This document shows positions 1 through 10,469 of a stretch of 64,000 nt of DNA, piece after piece. The DNA comes from Candidatus Bathyarchaeota archaeon (lineage in GTDB: Archaea > Thermoproteota > Bathyarchaeia > Bathyarchaeales > Bathycorpusculaceae). How positions within the stretch are numbered: the first letter of the stretch is position 1; the number at the start of each line of letters is the position of its first letter. The stretch covers positions 1 through 64,000 of the forward strand of contig CAVYXJ010000006.1 in NCBI GenBank assembly GCA_963772455.1, in the 5' to 3' direction. A program made the translations under genes and the position numbers. A model generated the notes under the pieces. The model was not told where the DNA came from and searched no databases. It was given only the letters and a program-made list of their open reading frames with translations.

Positions 1-2297
1 CGGTGATTGGTGTCGTCACTAGTTTATCGGCAGTTAAAGGAATCATTGCAGGAGCAACGCAAGCTGAAGCTGTAGCTGAAGGTGTTGGTGCAGCTGCAAA
101 AACTGCGGCTTTAGGTCCCACTGGCGCTTTGACGGGTGCAACATGGGGCTTAAACTCTGCGTTGTTGGCGAATCCAATTGTTTGGGTTGTGGCCGCAATC
201 GCTGCGTTAGTGGCAGCGTTGATTCTTGCTTATAATTATTGTCAGCCCTTCAAAGATGCTGTGGATGCCCTGGGTAAAGCTATTGGCGACGGACTTGGCA
301 AAGCTTTAGTGGTTAAAGGTGCGTTGGAGTGGCTTTGGAATAACGTTTTGGTTCCTCTTGGCAACTTTCATAGTTGGCACTTTCATGAGTGCTATTAATT
401 GGTTAGGCGAGAAGCTTGGCTGGCTTGCTGGACCTCTAAAAGCTGTTGGAGACGCATTCGGTTGGTTAGCAGGAGTAATCGGCGGCGCCATAAATGCAAT
501 TGGCGCAAAAATAGAAGAATACAATGATATGATGAAAGCCGCTGAGGAATCAACGAAAAACGGCTTATCTGTGATGGAGAACTTTTACCGAAACAAATAC
601 GATTCTATGACAGCGAAGGTTGATGAAGCCTTAAGCAAGCAACTTGAAACTATCAGAGTCTAAGTATCAGGAAGCTATTGACGCTGAAAACAAAGCATAT
701 GAAGAGGATCTATCGGCTTTCAATGCTTACTGGGATAAGAAGCTTAGTGTTACTCAGTCTGAACTGCAAAAGGTAGATCAGAAAATCAATGAGTTCTATG
801 ATAAGCAGGTTAAGGCTGTTCAGGATTCTACTCAGAAGCAGATTGATGTTTTGCAGTCTGCCTACGATAAGGAATTAAGTGATTTCGGGGCGTTTTGGGA
901 TACTAAATTCGGGGTTTCTAACACTGAGTTGGATAAGGTTCAGGATACAATTACATCTCATTATGACCAGGAAATCAGCGATACCCAAGCCTCTTATGAC
1001 ACCCTTATCGATGAGGCAAATGCTTTCTATGATGGTTTGCAAGCTGTTACTGATGCTGGGTTAGCTCAGCTTAGAGCATCTAGAGAAGCAGACTTTGATA
1101 ATATGGAGCTTTTGATGCTTGAGGAGAAGGTTTCTCTTGAGCAAGCTCATGCTGCTGGCTTGATTTCAGATGAGGATTATCAGAAGCAGAAAACGGCGCT
1201 TGTCTAAGGCTTATAATGATGAAAGAAGCGTTCTCACGGATTCTTACCGATTGAAAGAGTTGCAGATGGAGAAGGAAAATAAAGATGCTTCAACGACAAT
1301 TGCATCTGAACGTGAAGCTGCTTTAACAGGTATCAAAGCTAATGAAGCAGCTGCGATAGCTGGTATTGAAGTTAAGAAGAATGCGGATCTGCAAGCTGCG
1401 CAGCAACAGTATAATCAGATTACCCAGACAGATTTCCAAGCGTTGACAGCTGCTATTTTGTCTTTAAAGAATAATGAGTCTTCTCAAGTATCTGCTATCG
1501 AACAGAAGAAGAATGCTGACTTGAAGGTTGCAGCTGACCAATATACTGACATGCAGACAGCGCATTATAATGCTCTTAGTTGCTTTGGCAAATGAGAAGG
1601 CTAACGACGATTGCTGAATCTGAGAAGGCTGCTGCAGAAACAAAGAAACAGATGCTTGCCCAGATAGAAGCCCAAATCAATGGGAACATGAATATTTCAG
1701 CTGAAGAAAAGAAACGCATCATAGCTGACATGAATGCTTCTTGCCTTGCTGATACTCAGAGTCAATGGACAAACATCGCTGACACTATTCAGGCTGCTAT
1801 GGATAAAATTAACAATCAAAACGCTGTTTTTCAATCTGCTCTTAATTCGGGGAAAATTACGGCTGAGCAATATGCGACTGCTATAGAGTTTCAGAATCAC
1901 GCAGGCAAATAATTTGGCTGCTCAAGCTAGTTGGAATGCTCAGAACGCGGCTTTTGCTCAAGCATTAAGTTCGCAACAGATTACTCAGGCTCAGTATAAT
2001 CAAGCGATGGCTTATCAGAATGCAAATAAGCCTCCTGGATTAGCGGAAGGCGGCATTGTTACTGAGCCTACTTTTGCTTTGATTGGTGAGGCGGGTCCTG
2101 AAGCAGTTATTCCACTCAACAAGTTTAACTCTGGAGAGCTGTCGAATCAAACTTTTGTTTTTAGCCCAAACATAACTGTGAATGCTTCGCCAGGTATGGT
2201 TCAGAATCCGCGGCAGATGGCCAGGGAGCTCCTTGACGAAATGAACAGCCTTATTCGGAATGATATGAAGTCTAAAACTTTCTTCACCCAGGGATGA
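1..2297 (+). CDS. Tail tape measure protein (5' end outside window; split over several frames)
   Basis: Consecutive ORF pieces 3-398, 319-663, 644-1207, 1170-1595, 1580-1912 and 1914-2297. Motifs ANPIVWVVAAIAALVA and C-terminal GLAEGGIVTEPTFALIGEAGPEAVIPL, with an Ala/Gln-rich coiled coil between. Confidence 0.9.
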
Positions 2298-2303
2298 TTT
2301 GAT

Positions 2304-3104
2304 TTGACTATTACTTTGAAGGCTGGAACACGTCCAATTCAACTTGGCACTGTGACGGATCTAAAGTTTAATCGTGTTGAGCGGGATGGCTCTGTGGATA
2401 TTCCTTTGGCAAGGGGAGCAAGCCGTCAGGGTTTGGGTAGTCAATCGGCGCAGATTAGTCTTGCAGGCACCTTTGTGGGGGAGTCGCGGTTTGATTATTT
2501 TCAGCAGTTTGACCGCATACGCATGATTGGGCGAAGTTTGAAACTTGAAAGCAACCACCTTGCAACAATCGCTTACCTCAACAATGTTTCGCTGGGAAAA
2601 GTTGTTGGTGATCTCCTCGGCTACAACCTTACCCTAAAAGAGAGCCTCTTCAAATCTATTAGCGACTGCGAAGATCAAGTGGGGTGGTACGCTGACTCAG
2701 GCAACCTCACAAATGAATATGATAGTCCAGAGCCTAAGGAAGGCGATTTCTACCTCAAAAACTCAATCGTTAACGGAGACTATTTTGAGCTTGATTTTGA
2801 GCCAAGTGACCCAGTAGATTTAAGCTCAGTTGAGTACCTCGCTTTTTGGTTTCAAGTGAGCGCAGTTACCTACATCAACCAGGCTTCAATACGCCTCGAC
2901 AATGACGATGAGTATAGTTACGCTTACTTCCAGAGCAAGCTTCTCTTGCCCAACGTATGGTATCGAATTCTCTTGCATAAGAGCGAGTTTACGAATTTTC
3001 AGACTTACAACTTCAATCAGATATGGCAGTTCCGCGTTGAATTGAGCTTAACCTCTAACCAAACAATGAGTATTATGATTGACGATTTCGGAGTGTATGA
3101 ATAA
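2304..3104 (+). CDS. Distal tail (Dit/tube-initiator-like) protein with probable C-terminal carbohydrate-binding domain
   Basis: Directly follows the tape measure gene. N-terminus has QGLGSQSAQISLAGTF; C-terminus is aromatic and beta-rich (DLSSVEYLAFWF...WYRILL...IDDF). Confidence 0.55.
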   Translation: MTITLKAGTRPIQLGTVTDLKFNRVERDGSVDIPLARGASRQGLGSQSAQISLAGTFVGESRFDYFQQFDRIRMIGRSLKLESNHLATIAYLNNVSLGKVVGDLLGYNLTLKESLFKSISDCEDQVGWYADSGNLTNEYDSPEPKEGDFYLKNSIVNGDYFELDFEPSDPVDLSSVEYLAFWFQVSAVTYINQASIRLDNDDEYSYAYFQSKLLLPNVWYRILLHKSEFTNFQTYNFNQIWQFRVELSLTSNQTMSIMIDDFGVYE

Positions 3105-3851
3105 ATGCCAAGATATGTAGGAAGAACATTCGATCCGAGAGTACACGTCATAGACGCCAACGGCGACCCAGTCACAGGAGCTACAGTGACAGTGAAGATT
3201 CTTGAGCCAAACGGAAGCGATTGGGATGGGACATGGAACGCCACTCACCTCAGCGACGGCATCTACTACACCCAATTCACTCCTGATTCTGCTGGAGACT
3301 GGACAGTAATCTTTTCATGCAGCAACCCAAAATTCTCTAAAGCCGTAGTGTACCACATCTCTTACCCAGTGAGTTTTCAGTTCCCAAAAACAGGCATGAA
3401 TCAGGTGTTCCCCTCAGATACAAACTGGTATGAACTTTTCACCGCTTACAGCGAGGATTACACCCAGAGGAAACTTTACATGGCTTCTTTCCGCCAAACA
3501 AACAATGAGAACGCCCAGAAAACTATCTCCTTCATTTTCAACATGGATGCCATACGCTCAATGAACCTAGAAGGCACATTTGATTCAGGAGTCATCTATT
3601 ATCTCGTCCTCGAATTGACTCAGGAAGGCGACTACACTTACTTTTGGACACAAACCAAGAGTTTCCTCCTTCAAAGCTATGGTCAAGACGATAACGGAAC
3701 CCAAAACATGACTACACCGCTTGAATGCCGAAACTTTGACATTCAAGTGCGAATCCCTTCGCCGGGACCCGGCACGAACCAAGAGATTCGTGGGTGGCTC
3801 GCAGTTACAGTTGACAATAGTAGCCAAGGCGGCTCGTACATAGGAGATTAG
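3105..3851 (+). CDS. Virion tail-associated protein (Ig-like domain A + domain B)
   Basis: N-terminus is paralogous to 3855-4532 and C-terminus is paralogous to 4534-5004. Confidence 0.6.
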   Translation: MPRYVGRTFDPRVHVIDANGDPVTGATVTVKILEPNGSDWDGTWNATHLSDGIYYTQFTPDSAGDWTVIFSCSNPKFSKAVVYHISYPVSFQFPKTGMNQVFPSDTNWYELFTAYSEDYTQRKLYMASFRQTNNENAQKTISFIFNMDAIRSMNLEGTFDSGVIYYLVLELTQEGDYTYFWTQTKSFLLQSYGQDDNGTQNMTTPLECRNFDIQVRIPSPGPGTNQEIRGWLAVTVDNSSQGGSYIGD

Positions 3852-3854
3852 AAC

Positions 3855-4532
3855 ATGACTCGATTAGTTGGAAATGACATAAACAGCCTCGTTCAAGTGG
3901 TTGACAGCAACGGCGATAAAGTAACCGATGCAGTGGTTAACTACAAAGTTTATTTCTATGATTACGACGACGATGAAGTTTGGGAAGTAGCCCAGTCAGG
4001 GTTAATGACTCATATTGGAGATGGACTTTACCAAGCTGAGTGGACTCCAAATTTCTATGGAGAATACGTTTTCTACGCTTACAGCACTAACCCAAAATTC
4101 CATGAAAGCTACACTTACTTCGTTGAGGGAACAACCGAGTGGTTCACAGAGCAATTTACGGGAGCTACGATTGACAATGAAGATGAAACCGACATTATTG
4201 CTTTTAACACAGGGGGAGAAAATCGTCACCGACACACAATTGTCGAGCTCGACATGAGCGATATTCTTGGCGTTGGCGAATCTGTTTTCATCAGGGTCTA
4301 CAAGGAACATGACGGTTCCTCGAGGCTTGCTTCAAAAACCATTTACCCAGATGATTACGGCAGTGACATCGAGCTTGTTTCCGTTGATATGGGCATCTTG
4401 AGAACTGATACTCCAGAGCCATATCAGCATCGAATCACGATTCAATTCTTAACCCCGCATGAAGGTGGACCACCTTACCACAATGTTACTTGTCGATGCT
4501 TAGTGCAAGAGAAGCATTCAGGAGAAGACTAA
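3855..4532 (+). CDS. Virion tail-associated protein (Ig-like domain A + domain C)
   Basis: Shares VVDSNGDKVTDAVV, THIGDGLY and SxNPKF-like motifs with the 3105-3851 N-terminus. Confidence 0.6.
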   Translation: MTRLVGNDINSLVQVVDSNGDKVTDAVVNYKVYFYDYDDDEVWEVAQSGLMTHIGDGLYQAEWTPNFYGEYVFYAYSTNPKFHESYTYFVEGTTEWFTEQFTGATIDNEDETDIIAFNTGGENRHRHTIVELDMSDILGVGESVFIRVYKEHDGSSRLASKTIYPDDYGSDIELVSVDMGILRTDTPEPYQHRITIQFLTPHEGGPPYHNVTCRCLVQEKHSGED

Positions 4533-4533
4533 A

Positions 4534-5004
4534 ATGAGCAGCAATGTTGGAAGCAAATACATTTGGGTTCATAAACCAATTCTATTCACTGACATACAAC
4601 TGCCAGTCGTACAAAACACATGGTATCCAATCATTGACGTTGAAGGCGGCGTTAGGGGACTATACCTTACAGTGGTTCAGCAGAACAATGAAGCTGAAGC
4701 CAAAAACATTGAGTTTGAAATCACTGTTGATGGAGAAATACATTCAACTACAATTAACGCTCAGAACCTGCATTATCATTCTGTAGCATTTGGCATTGAT
4801 GACGATTACAACTTGATGTCTTGTGTCCATGATTCTTTTCCGGGCTACATGATGATGGGTAGAACTTACTATGGCAACGGAATCATACTCACAGTTCCTC
4901 TTGAATGCCGAAGTTTAGCTGTTAGAATAAGAATGACAAGTGCTGTAGGCACGAACCAAGCTCTTCAAGGTAGATGCGCCTACGACAAATTGGAGTCTGT
5001 CTAA
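4534..5004 (+). CDS. Virion tail-associated protein (stand-alone domain B)
   Basis: Shares WY, QxNNExxxKxI and PLECR...GTNQ with the 3105-3851 C-terminus. Confidence 0.6.
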   Translation: MSSNVGSKYIWVHKPILFTDIQLPVVQNTWYPIIDVEGGVRGLYLTVVQQNNEAEAKNIEFEITVDGEIHSTTINAQNLHYHSVAFGIDDDYNLMSCVHDSFPGYMMMGRTYYGNGIILTVPLECRSLAVRIRMTSAVGTNQALQGRCAYDKLESV

Positions 5005-5006
5005 AT

Positions 5007-6901
5007 GTGTCAGCTCCCACTTCAAAGAAACTGAATCCTGTTGAAGAAGACTACATCACAAGCACAGTACACGCGGTTTCTTCTACCCCTGACGAGCCAG
5101 TAGTCGAAGGCGAAACTGCAGATGTAACCGTCGATGACGAAGACGTCCATGAAATCACTGTTCAAACTTCTCATTCTTGGTATCCTCCTTGCCTATCCCA
5201 GAAGGCGTTGACCAAGACAATTTTCAAGGTGACGACAACCATCCTCTTCACCGTGGACGCTGGATAATCTTTTTAGGCTACAATCAAGAGAACGCTGGAA
5301 CCCATTATGGACAGAAATACTGTGAAACTCTCTCTAATCGAGCTCACTTCAAAATTAATGGTTCAGGCGAAGCCAACAGCGACGACGTGTTCATTTCAGC
5401 TTTGACAAGAGTTGAAGTTAGGCAGCCAATGACTATCGACTTTGACTTCGAGATTAAGGAAGCAGTCAGTCAAGATCCCAGAGCCTTCCAATTTGCCCTA
5501 TGCACACCTGACCCCAGAGATGGCTTCATCCAAGACAGCAACTTGTATGGCAGAGTTATGTGGTCTATTCAAGCCTTAGTTTCTGGCTCTGGCAAAACTC
5601 ACTTCTGGAGCATCGACGCTGGAGGCTCAGGAGTATCTACTGATTCTGAATCTTGGGAACCTGACCTGCTTTATCACTTGAAACTTACCCTCACCCAAGA
5701 ACAAGGTATGCTTAAAGTCACTTGGCTCCTTACAAGCGGAGGCTACAGCTTCGACGGCGGCATGTATATCGAGAATAGCAGGTCAAGAACTATCAGAAGC
5801 CTCTTCACCGCCTACAGCACAGAGCAGAATGAAGCCTACACCGAATTCTTTGTCGATGACTTCTCAGTGTTTCGCCCTACATCTAAAAAGACCAAAGTTA
5901 TCGTTAGCATCAAGCACCTTGACACTTTCATTATGGCTTCCGAAGACGTAATTGACTTTAATGTTTCTAATCGTGAAGGCAGTTACCCTTCAGCTAGTCT
6001 TAGCCTCAAGAATATCCATCACAAATACCATGATTTGAGCGTGGTTGATGAAATCGAGATTCGAGCTGGATGGGAACATAAACTCTACTTGCTCTTCAGA
6101 GGCAACCTGGACACCCCAGAAAAGCGGTTTCCGCCATGCACTCTTGACATCGCTTCAAACAAGGGATTTGCCAGACGACTTGACTTCCTTGAAACACATA
6201 ATGAAAGTTGGGTAACTGAGGATTCAGGAGCTATCGTCCAGTACCTAATCAGCGAATACTTTAGCGGAGTATTCACAGCTGACTGGGTAGCGCAGGGCAT
6301 AGAAACAAGCCTTGATTCAGACGGTGAAATGGTTGGCAGCTTAATTCAGAAGCTCGCTTCAATGAATGGCTTCATAGTTTATGTAGACTTCAACAAGTGC
6401 CTTCACTTCTTAAGGGCTGAGGATGAGGAGAGCCAAAGCAACTTAGTGCTGAAGGAAGCCGAAGATGTCCTCGACATCACAAACAGGCTTGTAGATGAAA
6501 TAATCAATTCAGTCACTGTGAACGGAGCCACCGATTCATACACAGCTGAAGATGCCACATCAATCGCAGCTTACTGGAGGAGGGAGAGGTCTTTCTCAGA
6601 TGAGAACTTGACTTCTGCAGGCGCTGTCCAAAGCAGAGCTGAGGAACTCCTCGCTGCCCTGAAAGACCCATTCCAAGAAATCCCCATTAAGCTACCCGAA
6701 GTTTTCCTAATCGAGCTGTACGACCGATGCGTCATCGATTGCAGCCATGTAGGATTAGATAATGAGGAGATAAGCGTGAAATCCACCAACTACAGCTTTT
6801 CCAGTGGAGGCTACCGAACCACAATCAACGGCTTGCATAAGGGCTTCAGTATCGCTGAGCTCCTCGCCGACACCAACAGGAAGCTTCAAGGAATCACTTA
6901 A
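5007..6901 (+). CDS. Tail hub/Tal-like protein with N-terminal beta-sandwich domain (frameshift near 5190)
   Basis: ORFs 4974-5267 (probable GTG start at 5007) and 5177-6901 join. The C-terminal half has hub-like motifs LLFRGNLD, IQKLASMNGFIVYVD, INSVTVNG and AEDATSIAAY. Confidence 0.65.
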
Positions 6902-6913
6902 GGAGACAAAGAT

Positions 6914-7759
6914 ATGGTATCGAAACAGCATGGAACCCTCCACTACAACGCCTCTGAAATAACCGCTATGGGTTCAGGTATGGGTCCTGGCTCAGGTGTT
7001 GTTCCAGTCGGCGGAATAATCATGTGGAGTGGACTTCTTGCTTCTATTCCGGCTGGTTGGCATCTCTGTGACGGCGACGCTGGAACACCCGACTTACAAA
7101 GTAAATTTGTTAAGGGTGCTGCTGCGGGGCAGAATCCAGGAGCCACGGGAGGCGGAACAACTTATTCTCATTCTAGCTGTTCGGTTGCTGCTCACTCGGA
7201 TCTCTCTCATTCAGGCGGAGCCGTGTCGAGAGGAACTGCTGGAGTTACTCTTGACCAACATGCAGCTTTGAGCCATTCTGGAGGTTCAGTAACCAGAGGG
7301 ACAGCTGGAGTGACTGTAAGCGACCATGCAAGCCATGTCCATTCAGGAAGTGCAGACCACGCCACCCACGTTCACTCAGGGTCAGCAAACCACACGTCTG
7401 TCTCGACTAAGCAGGGTTCATCAGCGGGCAACGTGGTGACGACTAACACCCATGGAAACACAGGAAACAACACTTCAACTTTGACTCATGGCAACACAGG
7501 CAACCCAACCGCAACACTCACCCACACCGTCAACGAGCCCAATGCAGGTCAAGGGCACGACCACGCTTTCAGTCAGCCATCAGCTCATGGAGCTTGGAGC
7601 CACACCGTAACAGAACCGAACGCTGGAGCTGGACATGACCACGGATTCACTCAGCCTTCAGACCACTCAATCTCAGCTCATTCAGTCACTCAAGCCAGTG
7701 ACCACACAGGAGTTGAACCACCGTTCTTCGCCTTAGCATTCATCATGAGAACAAGTTGA
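6914..7759 (+). CDS. Tail fibre with tail-collar domain and His-rich repeats
   Basis: Collar motif PVGGIIMWSG...IPAGWHLCDG..GTPDLQSKFVKGA, HxH motifs, and typical C-terminus EPPFFALAFIMR. Confidence 0.85.
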   Translation: MVSKQHGTLHYNASEITAMGSGMGPGSGVVPVGGIIMWSGLLASIPAGWHLCDGDAGTPDLQSKFVKGAAAGQNPGATGGGTTYSHSSCSVAAHSDLSHSGGAVSRGTAGVTLDQHAALSHSGGSVTRGTAGVTVSDHASHVHSGSADHATHVHSGSANHTSVSTKQGSSAGNVVTTNTHGNTGNNTSTLTHGNTGNPTATLTHTVNEPNAGQGHDHAFSQPSAHGAWSHTVTEPNAGAGHDHGFTQPSDHSISAHSVTQASDHTGVEPPFFALAFIMRTS

Positions 7760-7971
7760 TAAACATGGCAGAAAACATATCTTTGGAAGAAAAAATAAAA
7801 ACTTCTAACTCCGAATTTGAGGCCTTAGCCCAAAAATGCAGCATCCCCATGGATAGGTTAATGCAGATTCTCTTCCAGCTTGAACTAGTTGAGTTAAACA
7901 AGCAACTATCGATGCTTCATGAGCACATCGATGAGAAGATGCCGCTTAAGAAGAAATGGGGCAAAAAATAA
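7756..7971 (+). CDS. Small helical viral protein
   Basis: ORF overlapping the fibre stop codon; no family recognised. Confidence 0.55.
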   Translation: MINMAENISLEEKIKTSNSEFEALAQKCSIPMDRLMQILFQLELVELNKQLSMLHEHIDEKMPLKKKWGKK

Positions 7972-8125
7972 GCATCCATAGATTCCAGAGGAACCCGCTA
8001 AAACATACGCATACCATTCCCCAGCAAAGACTAACCCTAGCTATTCGGAATATAGGTATTTTTTGGTTATTAATCAGAAATATGGCTAAAATTTCATGTT
8101 AACTTTGTTTGAGAGGTGATTCTGT

Positions 8126-8422
8126 TTGGATGTTGCTTTAATTGTCCTAGCATGCGTGGTGCTTGGTGCGTTAGCTCAAACACTTGTGCGGTTTCTATCA
8201 AAAATCATACAGTCTTCAAGCCCAGTTAGTTTTGATGTGAAGTATTGGGCTACGATGGCGCTCTCAATTATTCTAACTTTGATTGCTGCACTTGGCGTCT
8301 TCATGGTTTTCCCAATTCCTGAAGGTTTGCCGCTTGTGTACATCGCTGTTTCTGCGTTGCTAGCTGGTTTTGCTTCTAACGTTGTTGTGAACTTAACTGT
8401 GGATACCGTGGCCAAGCAGTAG
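8126..8422 (+). CDS. 3-TM holin-like membrane protein
   Basis: GAGGTGA ribosome-binding site, three hydrophobic helices, position after the tail genes. Confidence 0.55.
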   Translation: MDVALIVLACVVLGALAQTLVRFLSKIIQSSSPVSFDVKYWATMALSIILTLIAALGVFMVFPIPEGLPLVYIAVSALLAGFASNVVVNLTVDTVAKQ

Positions 8423-8449
8423 TTGAGGCCTGTCTAAATTAGGTTGATC

Positions 8450-8694
8450 ATGGAGAGATAGAAGGTTGGCGCTTAAGCTTTTAGAGGACTGCTTTTCATG
8501 TTCTAGGGCTTTCTACAGTTTTAGCCGCTGCCCTTTTTCTATGCTGGACCTTCTACATGATTTCTACGCAGGAACACTTGGTTGTTTATGAGGATAACCT
8601 GTGGATTCGCACTGGCGAATGCGGGTTAGCTGTAGTCGGCGTTGTTTACGCATTGTATCTGCTTGCATGCTTCATCCTCAAAAGCAAGCGTTGA
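8450..8694 (+). CDS. 2-TM small membrane protein (5' end frameshifted; not in ORF track)
   Basis: Manual translation RTAFHVLGLSTVLAAALFLCWTFYMISTQEHLVVYEDNLWIRTGECGLAVVGVVYALYLLACFILKSKR*. Confidence 0.55.
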
Positions 8695-8750
8695 GTCTGG
8701 CCTGTTTCTTCAATTACAAACTAATGTTTTTGGGAGGTGAAAAAAATTGA

Positions 8751-9551
8751 ATGACTGCAATCTTAATGGCAATACTCGGCGTAATAGCAGGCACCATATT
8801 CATTACATTATACAATTTTGCATGGAAGAAAATCAAGAAAGAACTGGGCTTCGACCTATCCTATGTCTTCACGATGCTTATCTCAGCGATTGCTTCCGTA
8901 GCAATCTTGCCAGTTTTCTTTATCAATAATGCTTTGCCGCCAAACAACGGCCTCTTTGTCTTTTTAGCTACTGCTTCGATGGGTGCGGTCCTTAACTTGC
9001 TAGTGAATGCTCCGGTGTCTTATGGCCTGGGTAAATTGAATGTGTTGAAGACCGCTTTGGCTTCCGCGAAGGTTTCTTTGCCTTCATCCTCATCTATAAT
9101 TAGTAAATCTAAGGCACTCTTCACCGCGATCGCTATCGTTGGCTTATGTTTCTTGCTTTTAGCTACCTGCGTGTTTGCAGCTGTAACCTTCTCAAAAACC
9201 GTCAGCTCCACCGGATCTGTAACTGCAATCGGCAACATAGCAGTCTTTAGCGATTCAACCGGACAAACATCATTGAACACTATTACCTGGGGAGAAGTGG
9301 CGCCTGGATCTTCAATCACTGTGTCAATCTACGTGAAGAACACTGGCAACGTGCCTATGACTTTGGCGATAGCGACTGCAAACTGGGTTCCAGCAACATA
9401 CGGCCAATACCTAACGATTTCATGGAATTATCAAGGGCAAGCAGTGCAAGCGGGTAATCTGCAGAAAATCGATGTGACTTTAGCATCTGTAGCTAATTCG
9501 CCTGGCGGAAGTTTTAGCGCAAACATAATCATCACAGGAACTTCGCAGTGA
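8751..9551 (+). CDS. Membrane protein: holin-like 3-TM domain + TM + extracellular Ig-like domain
   Basis: GGAGGTGA ribosome-binding site. N-terminus is paralogous to 8126-8422; C-terminus has WGEVAPG...YVKNTGNVPMTL. Confidence 0.65.
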   Translation: MTAILMAILGVIAGTIFITLYNFAWKKIKKELGFDLSYVFTMLISAIASVAILPVFFINNALPPNNGLFVFLATASMGAVLNLLVNAPVSYGLGKLNVLKTALASAKVSLPSSSSIISKSKALFTAIAIVGLCFLLLATCVFAAVTFSKTVSSTGSVTAIGNIAVFSDSTGQTSLNTITWGEVAPGSSITVSIYVKNTGNVPMTLAIATANWVPATYGQYLTISWNYQGQAVQAGNLQKIDVTLASVANSPGGSFSANIIITGTSQ

Positions 9552-9742
9552 GAGGTGAATTGAGCATGGAAGTTGAACGTAATAAGCTGGGTAAAACAGT
9601 TTCGGATTACCGTTGTAGCTGTGGGCATCTGCATGTCGTCTTTGTTTATTGGCAATTTGCCTTTGAAGCGGTGTTACAGATGCGGCAAAAAAGACAACTG
9701 GAAATAGTTGTCACAAACCTTTTTTCTTTATTCTTTTTTTAG
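9548..9742 (+). CDS. Small protein with CSCGH motif
   Basis: GAGGTGA lies before ATG 9566, the probable start; YRCSCGHLH. Confidence 0.4.
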   Translation: MRGELSMEVERNKLGKTVSDYRCSCGHLHVVFVYWQFAFEAVLQMRQKRQLEIVVTNLFSLFFF

Positions 9743-9795
9743 GCATTTCTACTTATGGTTGTGCGAGAGCACCGAACCACCATTTTGGCCTTCAT

Positions 9796-10097
9796 TCATT
9801 TCACTTTGCTCCTTGAAACCTTCGTTTTAAGACTAACGGACCTCTGGTCTTTTTCTTCCACGTCTAACTTAGGCTTCACATCAGTTTTGAAATGGTCTGG
9901 ATAAAGTTTCATGTGAGATTCACGAGCGCATGCGCTACCGTAGAAATGTGTTCCACATTGAGGGTTTGGACAATCGTTGGAGGTTGGAGCCTGCTTAACT
10001 GTTTCTTCAAGTTCCTTCTGTTTTTTCCATTTTTTGCTTATGAGTCAGACAGCTCCGTGAATAGTCTTTTTAATTCGTTTTCTTGGGCTTGCATCAT
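9796..10097 (-). CDS. C2H2-like zinc-finger protein (frameshift near 10045; not in ORF track)
   Basis: Manual translation MMQAQENELKRLFTELSD / ISKKWKKQKELEE...CPNPQCGTHFYGSACARESHMKLYPDHF...KVK*. Confidence 0.5.
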
Positions 10098-10148
10098 TGA
10101 CTTACTGGCCTTCTATTGGATGGTTTTGTAGGTATTCTTTTTTAGCAT

Positions 10149-10385
10149 TTAAATTTTTGGTTTAGCGGTAGCTTTGGCTTCTTCTTCATCTTCTTTTCTT
10201 TCGTCTTCCTCGATTTCTTTTATCAAGTCTTCGTCTTCAACTTGGCAAGTGTTCTCCTCATCCACTTCAACAACTCGGTCTTCGATGCGATGTTTAGCTA
10301 TTGCAATCGCTTCTTCTTTGGTGTCTGCATCCACAATTTCAGAGAAATATTCAATTATAAAGTAATTCTTTTTTGGTTTGGACAT
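10149..10385 (-). CDS. Small acidic hypothetical protein
   Basis: ORF with GGAG upstream; VDADTKEEAIAIA motif is common in small viral proteins. Confidence 0.6.
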   Translation of the reverse strand: MSKPKKNYFIIEYFSEIVDADTKEEAIAIAKHRIEDRVVEVDEENTCQVEDEDLIKEIEEDERKEDEEEAKATAKPKI

Positions 10386-10469
10386 AGGTTAGTCTCCTTT
10401 ATGCTGAGCTTTCACCATCTTATTATGTCTAACGGGAAGCCTTACAGGATATGGCGCCATGATAGATCA

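Larger units (their letters stand above)
1..9742 (+). mobile_element. Right-hand part of a tailed (Caudoviricetes, siphovirus-like) provirus: tail and putative egress genes
   Basis: Tightly packed co-oriented genes in the order tape measure, Dit-like, hub-like, tail-collar fibre, small membrane proteins. No att site was seen, so the right boundary is approximate. Confidence 0.85.

Noticed and set aside
3105-7759. Diversity-generating retroelement acting on tail genes
   Set aside because: No reverse transcriptase is in the window and no template/variable repeat pair differing only at adenines was seen; shared blocks are only 12-13 bp.
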